Position numbers and translations under genes: made by a program. This document shows positions 24,352-36,885 of a stretch of 64,000 nt of DNA, in pieces. The DNA is taken from the NCBI RefSeq assembly GCF_011386835.1, contig NC_088801.1, forward strand, positions 24,490,001 through 24,554,000, written 5' to 3'. This stretch comes from Chrysemys picta bellii. Lineage: Eukaryota. The notes beneath the pieces are model-generated. The model ran no database searches, was not told where the DNA came from, and saw only the letters and a list, made by a program, of their open reading frames with translations. Numbering within the stretch: the first letter of the stretch is position 1; every line of letters begins with the position of its first letter.

Positions 24352-27170
24352 GAGATGGGGGAAAGCCAACTGCTGCAGAGGAGCACGTGGATCGGACAGA
24401 GACTTCTCTTAGAGGAAAGTCTATTGATAGAGATTCTCTACGTTTTAGTCAGGAGGAGAGGATGGAAGAGGATAAAGTATGGGCCAGATCCGATGAGAAA
24501 CATTCACATAACAAAGAATCTGACACATCAGAAAAGGGCAGACAAATAAACAGTGACAAGTTTTTAAAGTGCTTGTACACAAATGCTAGAAGTCTAAATA
24601 ATAAGATGGGTGAACTAGAGTGCCTCGTGTTAAAGGAGGATATTGATATAATAGGCATCACAGAAACCTGGTGGAGTGAGGACAATCAATGGGACACAAT
24701 CATTCCGGGGTACAAAATACATTGGAAGGACAAAACAGGTCGTGCGGAGGGGTGGAGGGGTGAAAGAAAATGTAGAATCAAGTGAAGTAAAAATCTTAAT
24801 TGAATCCACATGTTCCATAGAATCTCTATGGATAGTAATGCCATGTTCTAATAATAATATAATAGTAGGGATCTATTATCAACCACCTGATCAGGCCAGT
24901 GATAATGAATATGAAATGCTAAGGGAGATTAGAAAGGCTATCAAAATAAAGAACTCAATAATAGTGGGGGATTTCAATGAACCCCATATTGGACTGGGTA
25001 CATGTCACCTCAGGATGAAATCCAGAGACGACAATTTCTTGATACTTTAAATGACTGCTTCTTGGAACAGCTGGTACAGGAACCCACAAGAGGAGAGGCA
25101 ATTCTCAATTTAGTCCTGAGTGGAGTGCAGGATCTGGTTCAAGAGGTAACTATAACAGGACCACTTGGAAATAGTGAACATAATATAACAACATTTAACA
25201 TTCCTGCAGTGAGAAGAACATCTCAGCAGCCCAACACTGTGGCATTTAATTTCAGAAAGGGGAACTATGCAAAAATGAGGAGGTTAGTTAAACAGAAATT
25301 AACAGGTACAGTGACTAGAGTGAAATCCCTGCAAGCTGCATGGACACTTTTCAAAGACACCATAATAGAGGCCCAACTTAAATGTATACCGCAAATTAAA
25401 AAACACAGTAAAAGAACTAAAAAAGAGCCACTGTGGCTTAACAAACATGTAAAAGAAGCAGTGAAAGATAAAAAGGCATCTTTTAAAAAGTGGAAGTCAA
25501 ATCCTAGTGAGGTAAATAGAAAGGAGCATAAACACTGCCAAATTAAGTGTAAAAATGTAATAAGAAAAGCCAAAAAGGAGTTTGAAGAACAGCTAGCCAA
25601 AAACTCAAAAGGTAATAAAGTGTTTTTTAAGTACATCAGAAGCAGGAAGCCTGCTAAACAACAAGTGGGGCCCCAGGACGATCAAGAAAAAAAGGAGCAC
25701 TTAAAGACGATAAAGTCATTGAAGAGAAACTAAATGAATTCTTTGCTTCAGTTTTCATGGCAGAGGATGTTAGGGAGATTCCCAAACCTGAGACATCCTT
25801 TGTAGGTGACAAATCTGAGGAATTGTCACAGATTGAAATGTCATTAGAGGAGGTTTTGGAATAAATTGATAAACTTAACAGTAACAAGTCACCAGGACCA
25901 GATGGCATTCACCCAAGAGTTCTGAAAGAATTCAAATATGAAATTGCGGAACTATTAACTATGGTTTGTAACCTGTCCTTTAAATCAGCTTCTGTACCCA
26001 ATGACTGGAAGATAGCTAATGTAACGCCAATATTTAAAAAGGGCTCTAGAGGTGCTCCCAGCAATTACAGACTGGTAAGTCTAACGTCAGTACCGGGCAA
26101 ATTAGTTGAAACAATAGTAAAGAATAAAATTGTCAGACACATAGAAGAACATAAATTGTTGGGCAAAAGTCAACATGGTTTCTGTAAAGGGAAATCATGT
26201 CTTACTAATCTATTAGAGTTATTCAAAGGGGTCAACAAACATGTGGACAAGGGGGATCCAGTGGACATAGTGTACTTAGATTTCCAGAAACTAGTGGTGT
26301 TCCCCAAGGGTCAGTCCTAGGACCAATCCAATTCAACTTATTCATAAATGATCTGGAGAAAGGGGATAAACAGTGAGTTGGCAAAGTTTGCAGATGATAC
26401 TAAACTGCTCAAGATAGTTAAGACCAAAGCAAACTGTGAAGAACAAAACTAAGTGATTGGACAACAAAATGGCAGATAAAATTTTATGTGGATAAATGTA
26501 AAGTAATGCACATTGGAAAAAATAATCCCAACTATACATACACTATGATGGGGGCAAATTTACCTACAACTAATCAGGAAAGAGATCTTGGGGTCATCGT
26601 GGATAGTTCTCTGAAGACGTCCACGCAGTGTGCAGTGGCTGTCAAAAAAGCAAACAGGATGTTAGGAATCATTAAAAAAGGGATAGAGAATAAGACAGAG
26701 AATATCTTATTGCCCTTATATAAATCCATGGTACACCCACATTTTGAATATTGCGTACAGATGTGGTCTCCTCGTCTCAAAAAAGATATACTGGCATTAG
26801 AAAAGGTTCAGAGAAGGGCAACTAAAATTATTAGGGGGTTGGAACGGGTCCCATATGAGGAGAAATTAAAGAGGCTAGGACTTTTCAGCTTGGAAAAGAG
26901 GAGACTAAGGGGGGATATGACAGAGGTATATAAAATCATGAGTGGTGTGGAGAAAGTGAACGAGGAAAAGTTATTTACTTATTCCCATAATATAAGAACT
27001 AGGGGGCACCAAATGAAATTAATGGGCAGCAGGTTTAAAACAAATAAAAGGAAATTCTTCTTCACACAGCGCACAGTCAACCTGTGAAACTCCTTGCCTG
27101 AGGAGGTTGTGAAGGCTAGGACTATAACAGGGTTTAAAAGAGAGCTAGATAAATTCATGGAGGTTAAGTC
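24352..27170 (+). pseudogene. CR1 ORF2 (APE endonuclease + RT), disrupted
   Basis: [52 protein letters not shown] and FADD at 26387-26398. Several frameshifts/stops and an RT deletion at ~26290. Confidence 0.92.
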
Positions 27171-27436
27171 CATTAATGGCTATTAGCCAGGATGGGTAAG
27201 GAATGGTGTCCCTAGCCTCTGTGTGTCAGAGGGTGGAGATGGATGGCAGAAGTGAGATCACTTATAACATTGCTCTAACATGCCTGGATGTCCACTCTAG
27301 CAAAGGAGGTTGCTATTTTGCAATGCTGATAGAGAATGACTATTGCTATCTTATTTAATCAGCCATTTTTGTTAAGTGGATATGAATCATTGATAGAAGT
27401 ATTCAGAGTGTCTAAACTGGAAAAGAGAGCAGAGCG

Positions 27437-27845
27437 CCGACCTATGAAGGAAGGCTGAAAGAATTGGGTTTGTTTAGTTTGGAAAAGAGAAGACTGAGAG
27501 GGGACATGATAGCAGTTTTTAGGTATCTAAAAGGGTGTCATAAGGAGGAGGGAGAAAACTTGTTCACCTTAGCCTCTAAGGATAGAACAAGAAGCAATGG
27601 GCTTAAACTGCAGCAAGGGAGGTTTAGGTTGGACATTAGGAAAAAGTTCCTAACTGTCAGGGTGGTTAAACACTGGAATAAACTGCCTAGGGAGGTTGTG
27701 GAATCTCCATCTCTGGAGATATTTAAGAGTAGGTTAGATAAATGTCTATCAGGGATGGTCTAGACAGTATTTGGTCCTGCCATGAGGGCAGGGGACTGTA
27801 CTCGATGACCTCTTGAGGTCCCTTCCAGTCCTAGAATCTATGAAT
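27437..27845 (+). mobile_element. Young 5'-truncated CR1 (different subfamily)
   Basis: Uninterrupted ORF 27464-27763 ([29 protein letters not shown]..) and tail ccttccagtcctagaatctatgaat. Confidence 0.95.
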
Positions 27846-28029
27846 GCTTCCATTCCCGCAGTCCTGCTGATGAATGAAAAACCAACTCAGTTTGGAAAGT
27901 AGATAGAAGAAGGTTGAGGTTTTGTTTCATATTTTGGAAAGATGAGTGATCAAAGGGCATTTCTTTTTTGTTCTATTCTTGAAATGTAAGGTATAGTTAG
28001 AACAATTAGCACTTACTAGTTTTTATCTT

Positions 28030-28235
28030 CAGAACACGTTACAAACATTACTTCTCACAACATTCCTGTAGGGTACAGTAAGCAAATCCAGTATTGTCTG
28101 TCTCACATTGCAAACTGGAAACCAATGACATGGGCAAGGGCCATGGGGAATGGGGGTGGGGGGGTGTCAGCATCAAGATTCAAACCAAGGAGTTCCTCCT
28201 TCCCAGGTCTATACACTCTACTGTGTATGACCTTC
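28030..28235 (-). mobile_element. MIR-like SINE remnant
   Basis: ctcacaacattcctgtagggta..cacattgcaaactggaaac..ggagttcctccttcccagg..actctact. Confidence 0.4.
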
Positions 28236-28649
28236 TATTTCAGATAATTACAGAATTATTATATTTCAGTAGTAGCCCTTCAATGAATATCAAACTCTGG
28301 TATTATACTGTATTCTTTATTGATACTTTTTTTTCCATTTGTTAATTGAGTTTATTGGTTAGTACTATACAGCAGTCGTAATACTATGCAAATAAAACTT
28401 TTTTTATTGGGGGACGAGATCAATTTAATATGCTATATAAAATATGGAGGAGCACTCTAACGTGTGTATACCCATGAAACTAAAAGCAAACAGATTTGGT
28501 ACTGTATATACATGGCTATGTACAAACAATTATCAAATTTATATAATTTGCTTAAAAATCAATAAAAAGGTTAATTAGAAAGAATTAAAACAATACATGC
28601 TATCTATCTCTAAATAGTAATGGTCCAGTAATGTCACTACAGGCATTTT

Positions 28650-29090
28650 GGTAGGGAAGCAATGGCCTAATGCTGTAAACACTGACTCAACAGAAAAAAG
28701 CATATACTTTCCCTAGACTTTAATACCTGAGGGGGTCAGTCAGTCCTTTAGCCCTCAGATGTAGATAAACTCAATTCTTGCATTTTTCTCTCTCTCTCTT
28801 TTTCTCTTTTGTGACCTTAAAAAGCTAAATTCTCTCTGTTGTGCATAGACATTCAGGACATTTTTCTCACAAAAGCACTTTTGGTGGAATTATTCCATTG
28901 TGCTAACTTTCTTAAAGTTGTGTTTCTTGTGGTTAATTTCCAGGGCTTGCAGAATGTTATGCCATTCAGACCATTTTAGTGACATATCAGCCTTATCACC
29001 TGTTTATTGTCAGTGTCATACTACACTTAGCAAAATTATTCCACCTTAGCTGACTTGCATTTCAGCACCATTTATAATGGTTAATGTTAT
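28650..29090 (+). mobile_element. Possible Deu-domain (AmnSINE-like) SINE remnant
   Basis: tRNA-like head gggaagcaatggcctaatg, then cagtcctttagccctcagatgtagataaactc and gaccttaaaaagc..gcatagacatt. Recalled similarity only. Confidence 0.35.
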
Positions 29091-29833
29091 CGCATGACTC
29101 AATGTGTGCAGCTGAGTGTTATGAAATTGTAACATACATTAAAATGCCAGGGGAGAAATATGTATTGTGGCCTAGGAAGTGGCCTGATTTGATCTATCAT
29201 GACATTATCTAAATCAATGGAAATATTTTCAGTAAAAACAACAAACAATAATGAGCTTAAACTGCAATAGTTGGATTCAGATCTGAATTTCAATCCCTTT
29301 CCTTCCTTTATAAACACTCAGAGGTATTTTTTTGACCTTTTAAAAAGAGTCGAGTCAGGTGCAAGTCCCCAAAGTTAGGGGTTGTTTGGCTCTGGGATTT
29401 TGGCTTAGCTCTGTTTCTAGTAATACATTATCAGATGTTATACAAAAATAAAGGGCTTGCCTTTGAAATGCACTGTGCCATGATTTCTTTGGGAACAGTC
29501 CAAAAAAGTTAAGCGATTTATTACTTTGTTCAAATTAACCTATATTACTGTTCTCATCTACATTAAATACCACCTCAATGAGCAGCCCATTCTGTACTTT
29601 ACTTACTTCACATACTATTACCAGCTGTTAGAATGTGAATGTATTAGAACTGTTACTCTATATTCATGAACACATTAATAAAGCGACAGTATTATATAGC
29701 AGTAAGAATGATAATGATGAGTTTTGCAAGGACAGGATCTTCAACTTTCTGCAAAATGTGAAAATCAGAGGGTTACCCTGGAAAAACTTAAAACAGGAGA
29801 AATAATTCCTGCTTTTGGTCTTGCTGAATGTCA

Positions 29834-29922
29834 GGGATCAGATCCCCAGCTGGTGTAAATCAGCATAGTTTTATTGAAGTCAATTGAATTATGCGGATTT
29901 ATACCATCTGTGAATCTCACCC
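29834..29922. repeat. Short palindromic element
   Basis: gggatcagatccccagctggtgtaaatcagcatag..attgaagtcaat..tatgcggatttataccatctgtgaatctcaccc. Confidence 0.7.
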
Positions 29923-31189
29923 AAAATTGACAGTGCTATGACAGACTGCTTTTTTCCTTAAGAGACATGGGACTTCTACTAACCAAAGGTACTTGTAAAG
30001 CAATATATTTTTCATCTAAGGAACAGCATACACAAATAATTCCAATGCACCAATATTCATATCCAAGTGTAAGAAGTGGAATAAGGTTATGTATCAAGAT
30101 AGAGTTAAAGCAAGTACAGTGATAAGATGCAGGCTGTCCCATTACACTTCAGGTTCCACAAATGAGTTGATAGAGTTTTTGTCCACCATGTTTGCTGGAG
30201 TCTCCTAGCAGAGTGCCTCAGGATTTCATAAATGCCATAACAATTGCTAGACTATCAAAAGTGGTTCTGCTTTGATCCATAGAGAACACTTTCTACAGCT
30301 CAGTATTAAAATTTAATGGCTGTGCTTCTTTGACTAACCTTTACAGCAAATTTGGCAATTAACTTTTCGGTTAAGTTTAACTAGATAACCATTCCTGGTG
30401 CCCACAAATTGGTTCTACAACAAATCTTCCGATTCTCAACAGGACAGGCCCAGTGTGGAAAGAGTGGGAGATGGCTCCATAGATATAACAGATGCAGATA
30501 CCTCCACTGGGACAAGAGAAATCTCAGATAAATATGCAATGCACACTGAACGTCCCTCTGAGTATCTTCTCATTCTTTCTTCTTTGTGTAAGGCTCCTCT
30601 CCCAGGGAGCTGTTACGGTGCAGAAACTGGTAGCAGAACAAATACTTGAACTAGTGTTCCCTCTCCATTTGGGAGCTGCGCAAATGGTCCAAGTCACCCA
30701 CACCTCTGAAGCCCATTTCACTGGTCTGTCCCTCTAAATGCACTCCCTTCCTAGCTCCAACAGGAGCAGCCAGGAGTCAGAACATGAGTGTGGATCTGGC
30801 CAGGCCATCCTCCCAGCCCTGCACTAGCAGAAGGATAAGGAATTGCCATGATAGTGCAACTTTGGCTGTCTTCTCCTCCCAGTTCCACCCACTTTGGTGG
30901 GTTGCCCCTTTTCTCTCAATTGCCTTGGGAAGTAGGAGTCTTCACCATAACCACCTCTTTTGGTTGACAGACCATTACATCCTAACAATTAATGCATCTC
31001 TCTGTGGAGCACGTTTACCTGAGTAATAAACTCTAGTCATAAGCCAAACATATTATTAACAAACATGCAAAGGACATGTGATTCATATAGTACTTACTCA
31101 AACAAATGCCATGGGTGTTTGCTGTCTAGAAATACACAAAACTCTGATTAAAAACAATTCTTTAATATAAGATAATTTAGAACAAATCT

Positions 31190-31352
31190 TATGCACTTTT
31201 CATGTAGGAATCTCAAAACCATTTACAGATGTGGGTATTACTGTCCACAGGGAGATGAAGTGACTCACTCAAAGTTACACATTATTTCAGTGGCAGAATC
31301 AGGAATAGAACTCAAGTCTCCTGACTCCCAGTTCTTTGCTCTAACCAGACCA
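31190..31352 (-). mobile_element. MIR-like tRNA/CORE SINE
   Basis: gtgactcactcaaagttacac..cagtggcagaatcaggaatagaactc..ctgactcccagttctttgctctaaccagaccaca is the reverse complement of a tRNA head plus CORE. Confidence 0.65.
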
Positions 31353-32079
31353 CAGTGGATAGAACATGCCAACAGGAATAAGGTTAACAACAACAGAACA
31401 ACCTTGTTGTCAAATACCCATCTACATACTCACCCACTTTGGGTATCTTCCATGGCCCTCAGTATTTACCAGAGCATTTTTCAATACATTCTGGGTACAA
31501 CATATTGATTTTTCAATGTAGTTTTCCAGCTTCCCTAATTTCAAAGTCACTAGTCAGGCTTTAGCTATGTTTCTGTGGGGTCAGGAACATATTGACACTA
31601 TACAAAAATCACCTTGTATTGTTTTCTTTACTGTTTGAGTAGCACAGGTGTTCCTTCAGGTAGATAAAATGTTATTTTAATAAAATAATTTAATGGATGT
31701 AATTTATTGGAGAAAGGGACCTCACAAAATACAAACTTCATTTTGTAAAATCCCAGGTATTTGGGGGGGAAAAAATTCTGAAACTCACAAAACATCAGGT
31801 TCCAATGAGCTAACTCATTCCTAGCACAAAATTTACCTAACTCACAGATGTGTGAGGAGGATTAATTAATTGGAAAGCACTTTGAAAGCCACAGATGACA
31901 GGTGTTAGATAAGTGTAAAAGATTATTAGTAGTTGCATCTTTCAATGAATTAGACTTTGTTTCCCTTGTTGTTCTCTTTGTTCTCTACAGGGTTCTGGCA
32001 TCTGAGCTTAGGGTAACAGTAATAATAGCAACATATTTAAAAGGAAACATTTAAAAACAGCAACATATTTAAAATATTG

Positions 32080-32245
32080 TTTACAAAGAAGCTCGGTATT
32101 GTTATCAGAATTATAGATAGCAAAACTAAGGCACAGAGTAGTGAAATGACTTGCCCAAGACAAATAGCAAGCTAGTAGCAGAACTGGAAATATAACTGAG
32201 GTCATCTAGACTTCTAGTTCAGTACTTTATCCCCTGGAGTACACT
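32080..32245 (-). mobile_element. MIR-like SINE
   Basis: aaactaaggcacagagtagtgaaatgacttgcccaag..gcagaactggaaa..tacactgc. Confidence 0.6.
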
Positions 32246-32399
32246 GCTTCATCATAAGGCATCTTACTTAGTGCAATTTAGGAACCTTATTATTGTATGG
32301 ATTTGTGAATTAGGTTTCAAAAGTGTTCTAGTTTCTACAAACTTTCAAGAGCAATTAACATTTCAGTATCCTCAGTTCCTAAATGTAGCTAAACTTTTC

Positions 32400-35300
32400 A
32401 GGGGATTCGACTATTAGAAATATAGGCAGTTAAAAACATAAGAACGGCCATACTGGGTCAGACCAAAGGTTCATCTAGCCCAGTATACTGTCTTCCGACA
32501 GTGGCTAGTGCCAGGTGCCCCAAAGGGAATGAACAGAACAGGTAATCATCAAGTGATCCATTCTCTGTTACTCATTCCCAGCCTCTGACAAACAGAGGCT
32601 AGGGACACCATCCCTGCCCATCCTGACTAACAACCATTGATGGACCTATCCTCTGTGAATTTATCTAGCTCTTTTTTGAACCCTTTATAGTCTTGGCCTT
32701 CACAACATGCTCTGGCAAAAAGTTCCACAGACTGACTGTGCGTTGTGTGGAAAAAAATACTTCCTTATGTTAGTTTTAAACCTGCTGCCTATTAATTTAA
32801 TTTGGTGACCCCTAGTTCTTGTGTTATGAGAAGGAGAAAATAACACTTCCTTATTTACTTTCTCCACACCAGTCATGATTTTATAGACCTCAATCATATC
32901 CCCCCCCCCTTAGTCGTCTCTTTCTTTTCCAAGCTGAAAAGTCCCAGCCTTTTTAATTGCTCCTCATATGGAAGCCGTTCTATACCCCTAATCATTTTCT
33001 GAACCTCTTCCAATCCCAATATATCTTCTTTGAGATTGGGCGACCACAACTGCATGCAGTATTTAAGATGTGGGCATACCATGGATTTATATGGAGGCAA
33101 TATGGTATTTTCTGTTTTATTATCTATCCCTTTCTTAATGATTCACAACATTCTGTTCGCTTTTTTGACTGCCGTTGCACACTGAGTTGGGTTGGTGATG
33201 ACTGGGAGAAACACATGGTGAATTACCTGCTGGGTGTGAAGGTTGAGGATCACATAAGACATCCAGACAGACTTCTGTGCAGTGCTGGGGAGGAACAGAT
33301 GGTCATGGTACACGTAGGTACCAGTGAAATAGGAAAAGGTAGGAGAGAGGTCCTGACAACCAAATATAGGATGCTAGGTAAGAGATTAAAATTCAGGACC
33401 TCCATGGTAGCATTCTCTGAAATGCTTCCAGTTCCACGCCCAGCATCAGGATGAAAAGCAGAACTTCCGAATCTCAATGCATGGATGAGATGATGCTGTT
33501 GGGAGGAGAGCTTTAGGTTTATTAGGAACTGGGGAATCTTTTGAGAAAGGAGGAGACTATTCAGGAAGAATTGGCTCCATCTAAACCAAAACAGAACCAG
33601 ACTTCCAGCATATAAAATTAAAAAGGGTGTGGAGGATTTTTTAAACTAAGGACTGAGGGAAAGCCGACAGGTGCGGAGGAGTGCACAGTTTGGGTGAAGA
33701 CATCCCTTAGGGATGAATTTATTAAAGGAAGAACTTTATATCCTAGTGAAAAGGATAGGAAAGAAGTTGGTAAAGTACAAGTAGGAGCTAGTAAAGAACA
33801 GTCTAACATAAGAGTCCCATTTAAATATAACACATGAAGGCAAGCAACTGAATATTGACAAAATGTACAAGTGCATGTTGAAAAATACTAGAAATCTAAA
33901 TACTAAGATGGGTGAACTACAGTGCCTGGCTTTAAATGAGGATATTGAAATAATAGGCATCATGGAAACTTGGTGGACTGAGGATAAACAATGGACATGG
34001 TAATACCAGTGTAAAAAATACATACGAATCACAGAGTAGGTTGTGTTGATGGGGGAGTGGCACTATATGTAAAACAAAGCATAGATTGAAATAAAGTAAA
34101 AATCTTAAATAAATCAAACTGTACCACATAATCTCTAGGGAATAGAAATTCCATGCGGGAACAGTAATAGTATAGCAGTAGGAATATGTTACTGACCACC
34201 TGACCAGGTGACAGTCAGTTCCTAAATGTAGTTAAACTTTTCAGGGGATTTGATTATTAGAAATATAAATAGTTTGGTTGGTGATGACTGGGAGAATTGA
34301 ATGGTAAATTGTGATTAGTGAAATGCTCAGGGAGATTAGAGAGGCTGAAAAGGCAGAGAATGGAATAATAATGGGGGATTTCAACTATCATATTGACTAG
34401 GTATATGTTATCTCAGGAAGTGATGCAGAGATAAAATGTCTAGACACTATAAATGACTGCTTCTTGGAGCTGCTTGTCCTAGAACCCACAAAGGAGAAGC
34501 AATTCTTGATTTAGTCCTGAGTGGACACAGGATCTGGTCCAGGAGGTGGTAATAGTGACCATAAACTAATTACATTTAACATCTTTGTAGGGAGAAAATG
34601 CTAAAGAAACTCATCACAGTAGCATTTAACTTCAAAAAGGGGAACTACTCAAAAATAAGGAAGCTAGTTAAAGAGAAATTAAAAGAAATAGTCACAAGGG
34701 TGAAATGCTTGCGAACTGCATGGAGACCATTTAAAAATACGATAAAGAGGCTTAAACTAAATGTATACTCCAAATAAGATAAAATAAAATAAAAAAAAAA
34801 ATGCCACCATGGCTAAACAGCGGAGTAAAAGAGGCAGTTAAAGGCAAAAAGGCATCCATTAAAAATGGGAAATCAAATTCCAGTGAGGAAAATAGAAATG
34901 AGCATAAACTCTGGCAAGTCAAGTGTAAAAGTAAATCTGGCAGACCAAGAAAGAATATGAAGAGAAACTAGCTAAGGACACAACAGCAAAGCCTGCTCAA
35001 CAGTCAGTGGGGCCACAGTCTGGATGATCAAGATGTTAAAGGAGCACCCAAAGAAGAAAAGGCCATTGCAGAGAAGCTAAATCAATTATTTGCATTGGTC
35101 TTCAGTGCAGAGGATGTGGCAGAGGCCCCCACACCTGAGCCATTCTTTTTAAGTAACAAATCTGGGGAACTATCCCAAGATTGAGGTGTCAGAAGAGGAG
35201 GTTTTGGAACAAACTGATAAACTGAACAGTAATAAGTCATCAAGATCAGATGTTATTCACCCAAGACTTCTGAAGGAACTCAGATCTGTAATTACAGAAC

Positions 35301-36100
35301 TACTAACTGTGATATGCAACTTACCATTTAAATTAACCTCTGTACCAGATGATTGGAGAGTAGCTAATGTAATATCTATTTTAAAAAAAATCCTGGCAAT
35401 TACAGGCCAAGCCGGTAAGCTTAATTTCAGTACCAGACAAACTGATTGAAACTTCACCAAAGAACAGAACGATCAGATACATAGACAAACATGATATGTT
35501 GGGGAAAGAGTCAACATGCCTTTTGAAAAGAGAAATCATGTCTCACAAATTTATTACAATTCTCTGAGGGGGCCAACAAACATGTAGACAAGGGTGATCC
35601 AGTGGACATAGTGTACAAGGACTTTCAGATAGCTTTTGACAAGGTCCCTCACCAAAGGCTCTTAAACAAAGTAAGGATGCATGGGATAAAAGGGAAGGTT
35701 CTCTCATGGATCAGTAACCGGTTAAAAGATGGGGGGGAGGAAAGGTAGGTATAAATGGCCAGTTTTCACAGTGGAGAGAGGTAAATAGTGGGGTCTCCCT
35801 AGGATCTGTATTGGGATGAGTGCTGTGCAACGTATTCATACATGATATGGAAAAGGGGGTGAACAGTGAGGTGGCAAAATTTGCAGACAACTATTTTGAT
35901 TAATTTTGAATCAAGCCCAAAGCTTAGTGTGAAGAGTTACAAAGAGATCTCATGATATTGGGTTTCTGGGCAACAAAATGGCAAATGGAATTCGGATAAG
36001 TGCAAAATAATGCACAATTGGAAAAAATAATCCTAACTATACATACAAAATGATGGGGTCTAAATTAGCTGACCCAGTATGGCTGCTCTTAGGTTCTTAT
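32400..36100 (+). mobile_element. Older CR1 LINE (ORF1 esterase + ORF2), interrupted and internally deleted
   Basis: GDSTIRNIG(S) at 32401-32431 continues after the nested insert as WVGDDWE..MVHVGTSEIGKG. EN and RT remnants run to ~36070, then jump to the 3' tail ctgacccagtatggctgctcttaggttcttat. Confidence 0.9.
32432..33187 (-). mobile_element. Younger 5'-truncated CR1 nested antisense in the older CR1's ORF1
   Basis: Starts with the reverse-complement tail cataagaacggccatactgggtcagacc; minus-strand peptides YKSMVCPHLKYCMQLWSP and GVEKVNKEVLF..FKTNIRKYFF. Confidence 0.94.
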
Positions 36101-36174
36101 TTATATTTTTAAAGGATAATTTTTTTTGTAAATATTAGCTTTTTATATTAATAGATTTATAGCAAGCAAATAAT

Positions 36175-36885
36175 GAATGTTTTAATACAGCCAGATTTAT
36201 ATGTATACATCTAGGAACAAAGAATGTAGGCCATACTTACAGGATGTGGGACTCTATCCTGGGAAACAGTCACTCTGAAAAAGCCTTGGGTATCATGGTG
36301 GATAATCAGCTGAACATGAGCTCCCAGTGCAACGCTATGGCCCAAAGGGCTAATGCGATCCTTGAATGTATAAAGAGGAGAAGCTTGAGTAGAAAAAATA
36401 TTTTACCTCTGTATTTGCATTTGTGCTATCACTCGTGTAAAACTGTGTCTAGTTCCAGTGACCACAATTCAAGAAGGATGTTGATAAACTGGAGATGGTT
36501 CAAAGAGGCAAAAGAATGATTAAAGGCTTAGAAAACATGCCTAATCATGAGAGTCTCAAAGAGCTCAGTCTCTCTAGCTCAACAAAGAGAAGGTTAAGAA
36601 GTGACTTAATCACAGTCACCTAGGAACAAATATTTGATAATGGGTTCTTCAATCTAGCATACAGTGGTATCACAAGATCCAGTGGTTGGAAGTTGAAGCT
36701 AGCCAAATGAAGGATGGAAATAAGACACGCATTTTTATCACTGACAACTTCTGAATCAAGATTGCATTTTTCCCCCTAAAAGATATGATATAGTTCAAAT
36801 GTCAATTATTTTGAGGAAGTTCTATGGCCTGTGTTACATTGGAGAGCAAACTAGATCACAGTGGTGCCTTCTGATTTTATAATCT
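36175..36885 (+). mobile_element. Old CR1 3' fragment (third subfamily)
   Basis: ORF 36244-36519 (SEKALGIMVDNQLNMSSQCNAMAQRANAILECI) and a decayed 3' end. Confidence 0.8.

Larger units (their letters stand above)
23770..27263 (+). mobile_element. CR1 LINE, ~3.5 kb (partial ORF1, ORF2, truncated 3' UTR)
   Basis: Continuous CR1 peptides across ORFs 23681, 24387, 24676, 25002, 25961 and 26488. The 3' UTR matches the minus-strand copy at 49476 but stops at gagatcactt. Confidence 0.96.

Noticed and set aside
24119-27173. Minus-strand ORFs over the long CR1 (24449, 25265, 25654, 26574, 26979 and others)
   Set aside because: Antisense shadows of CR1 ORF1/ORF2 with no independent coding signal.
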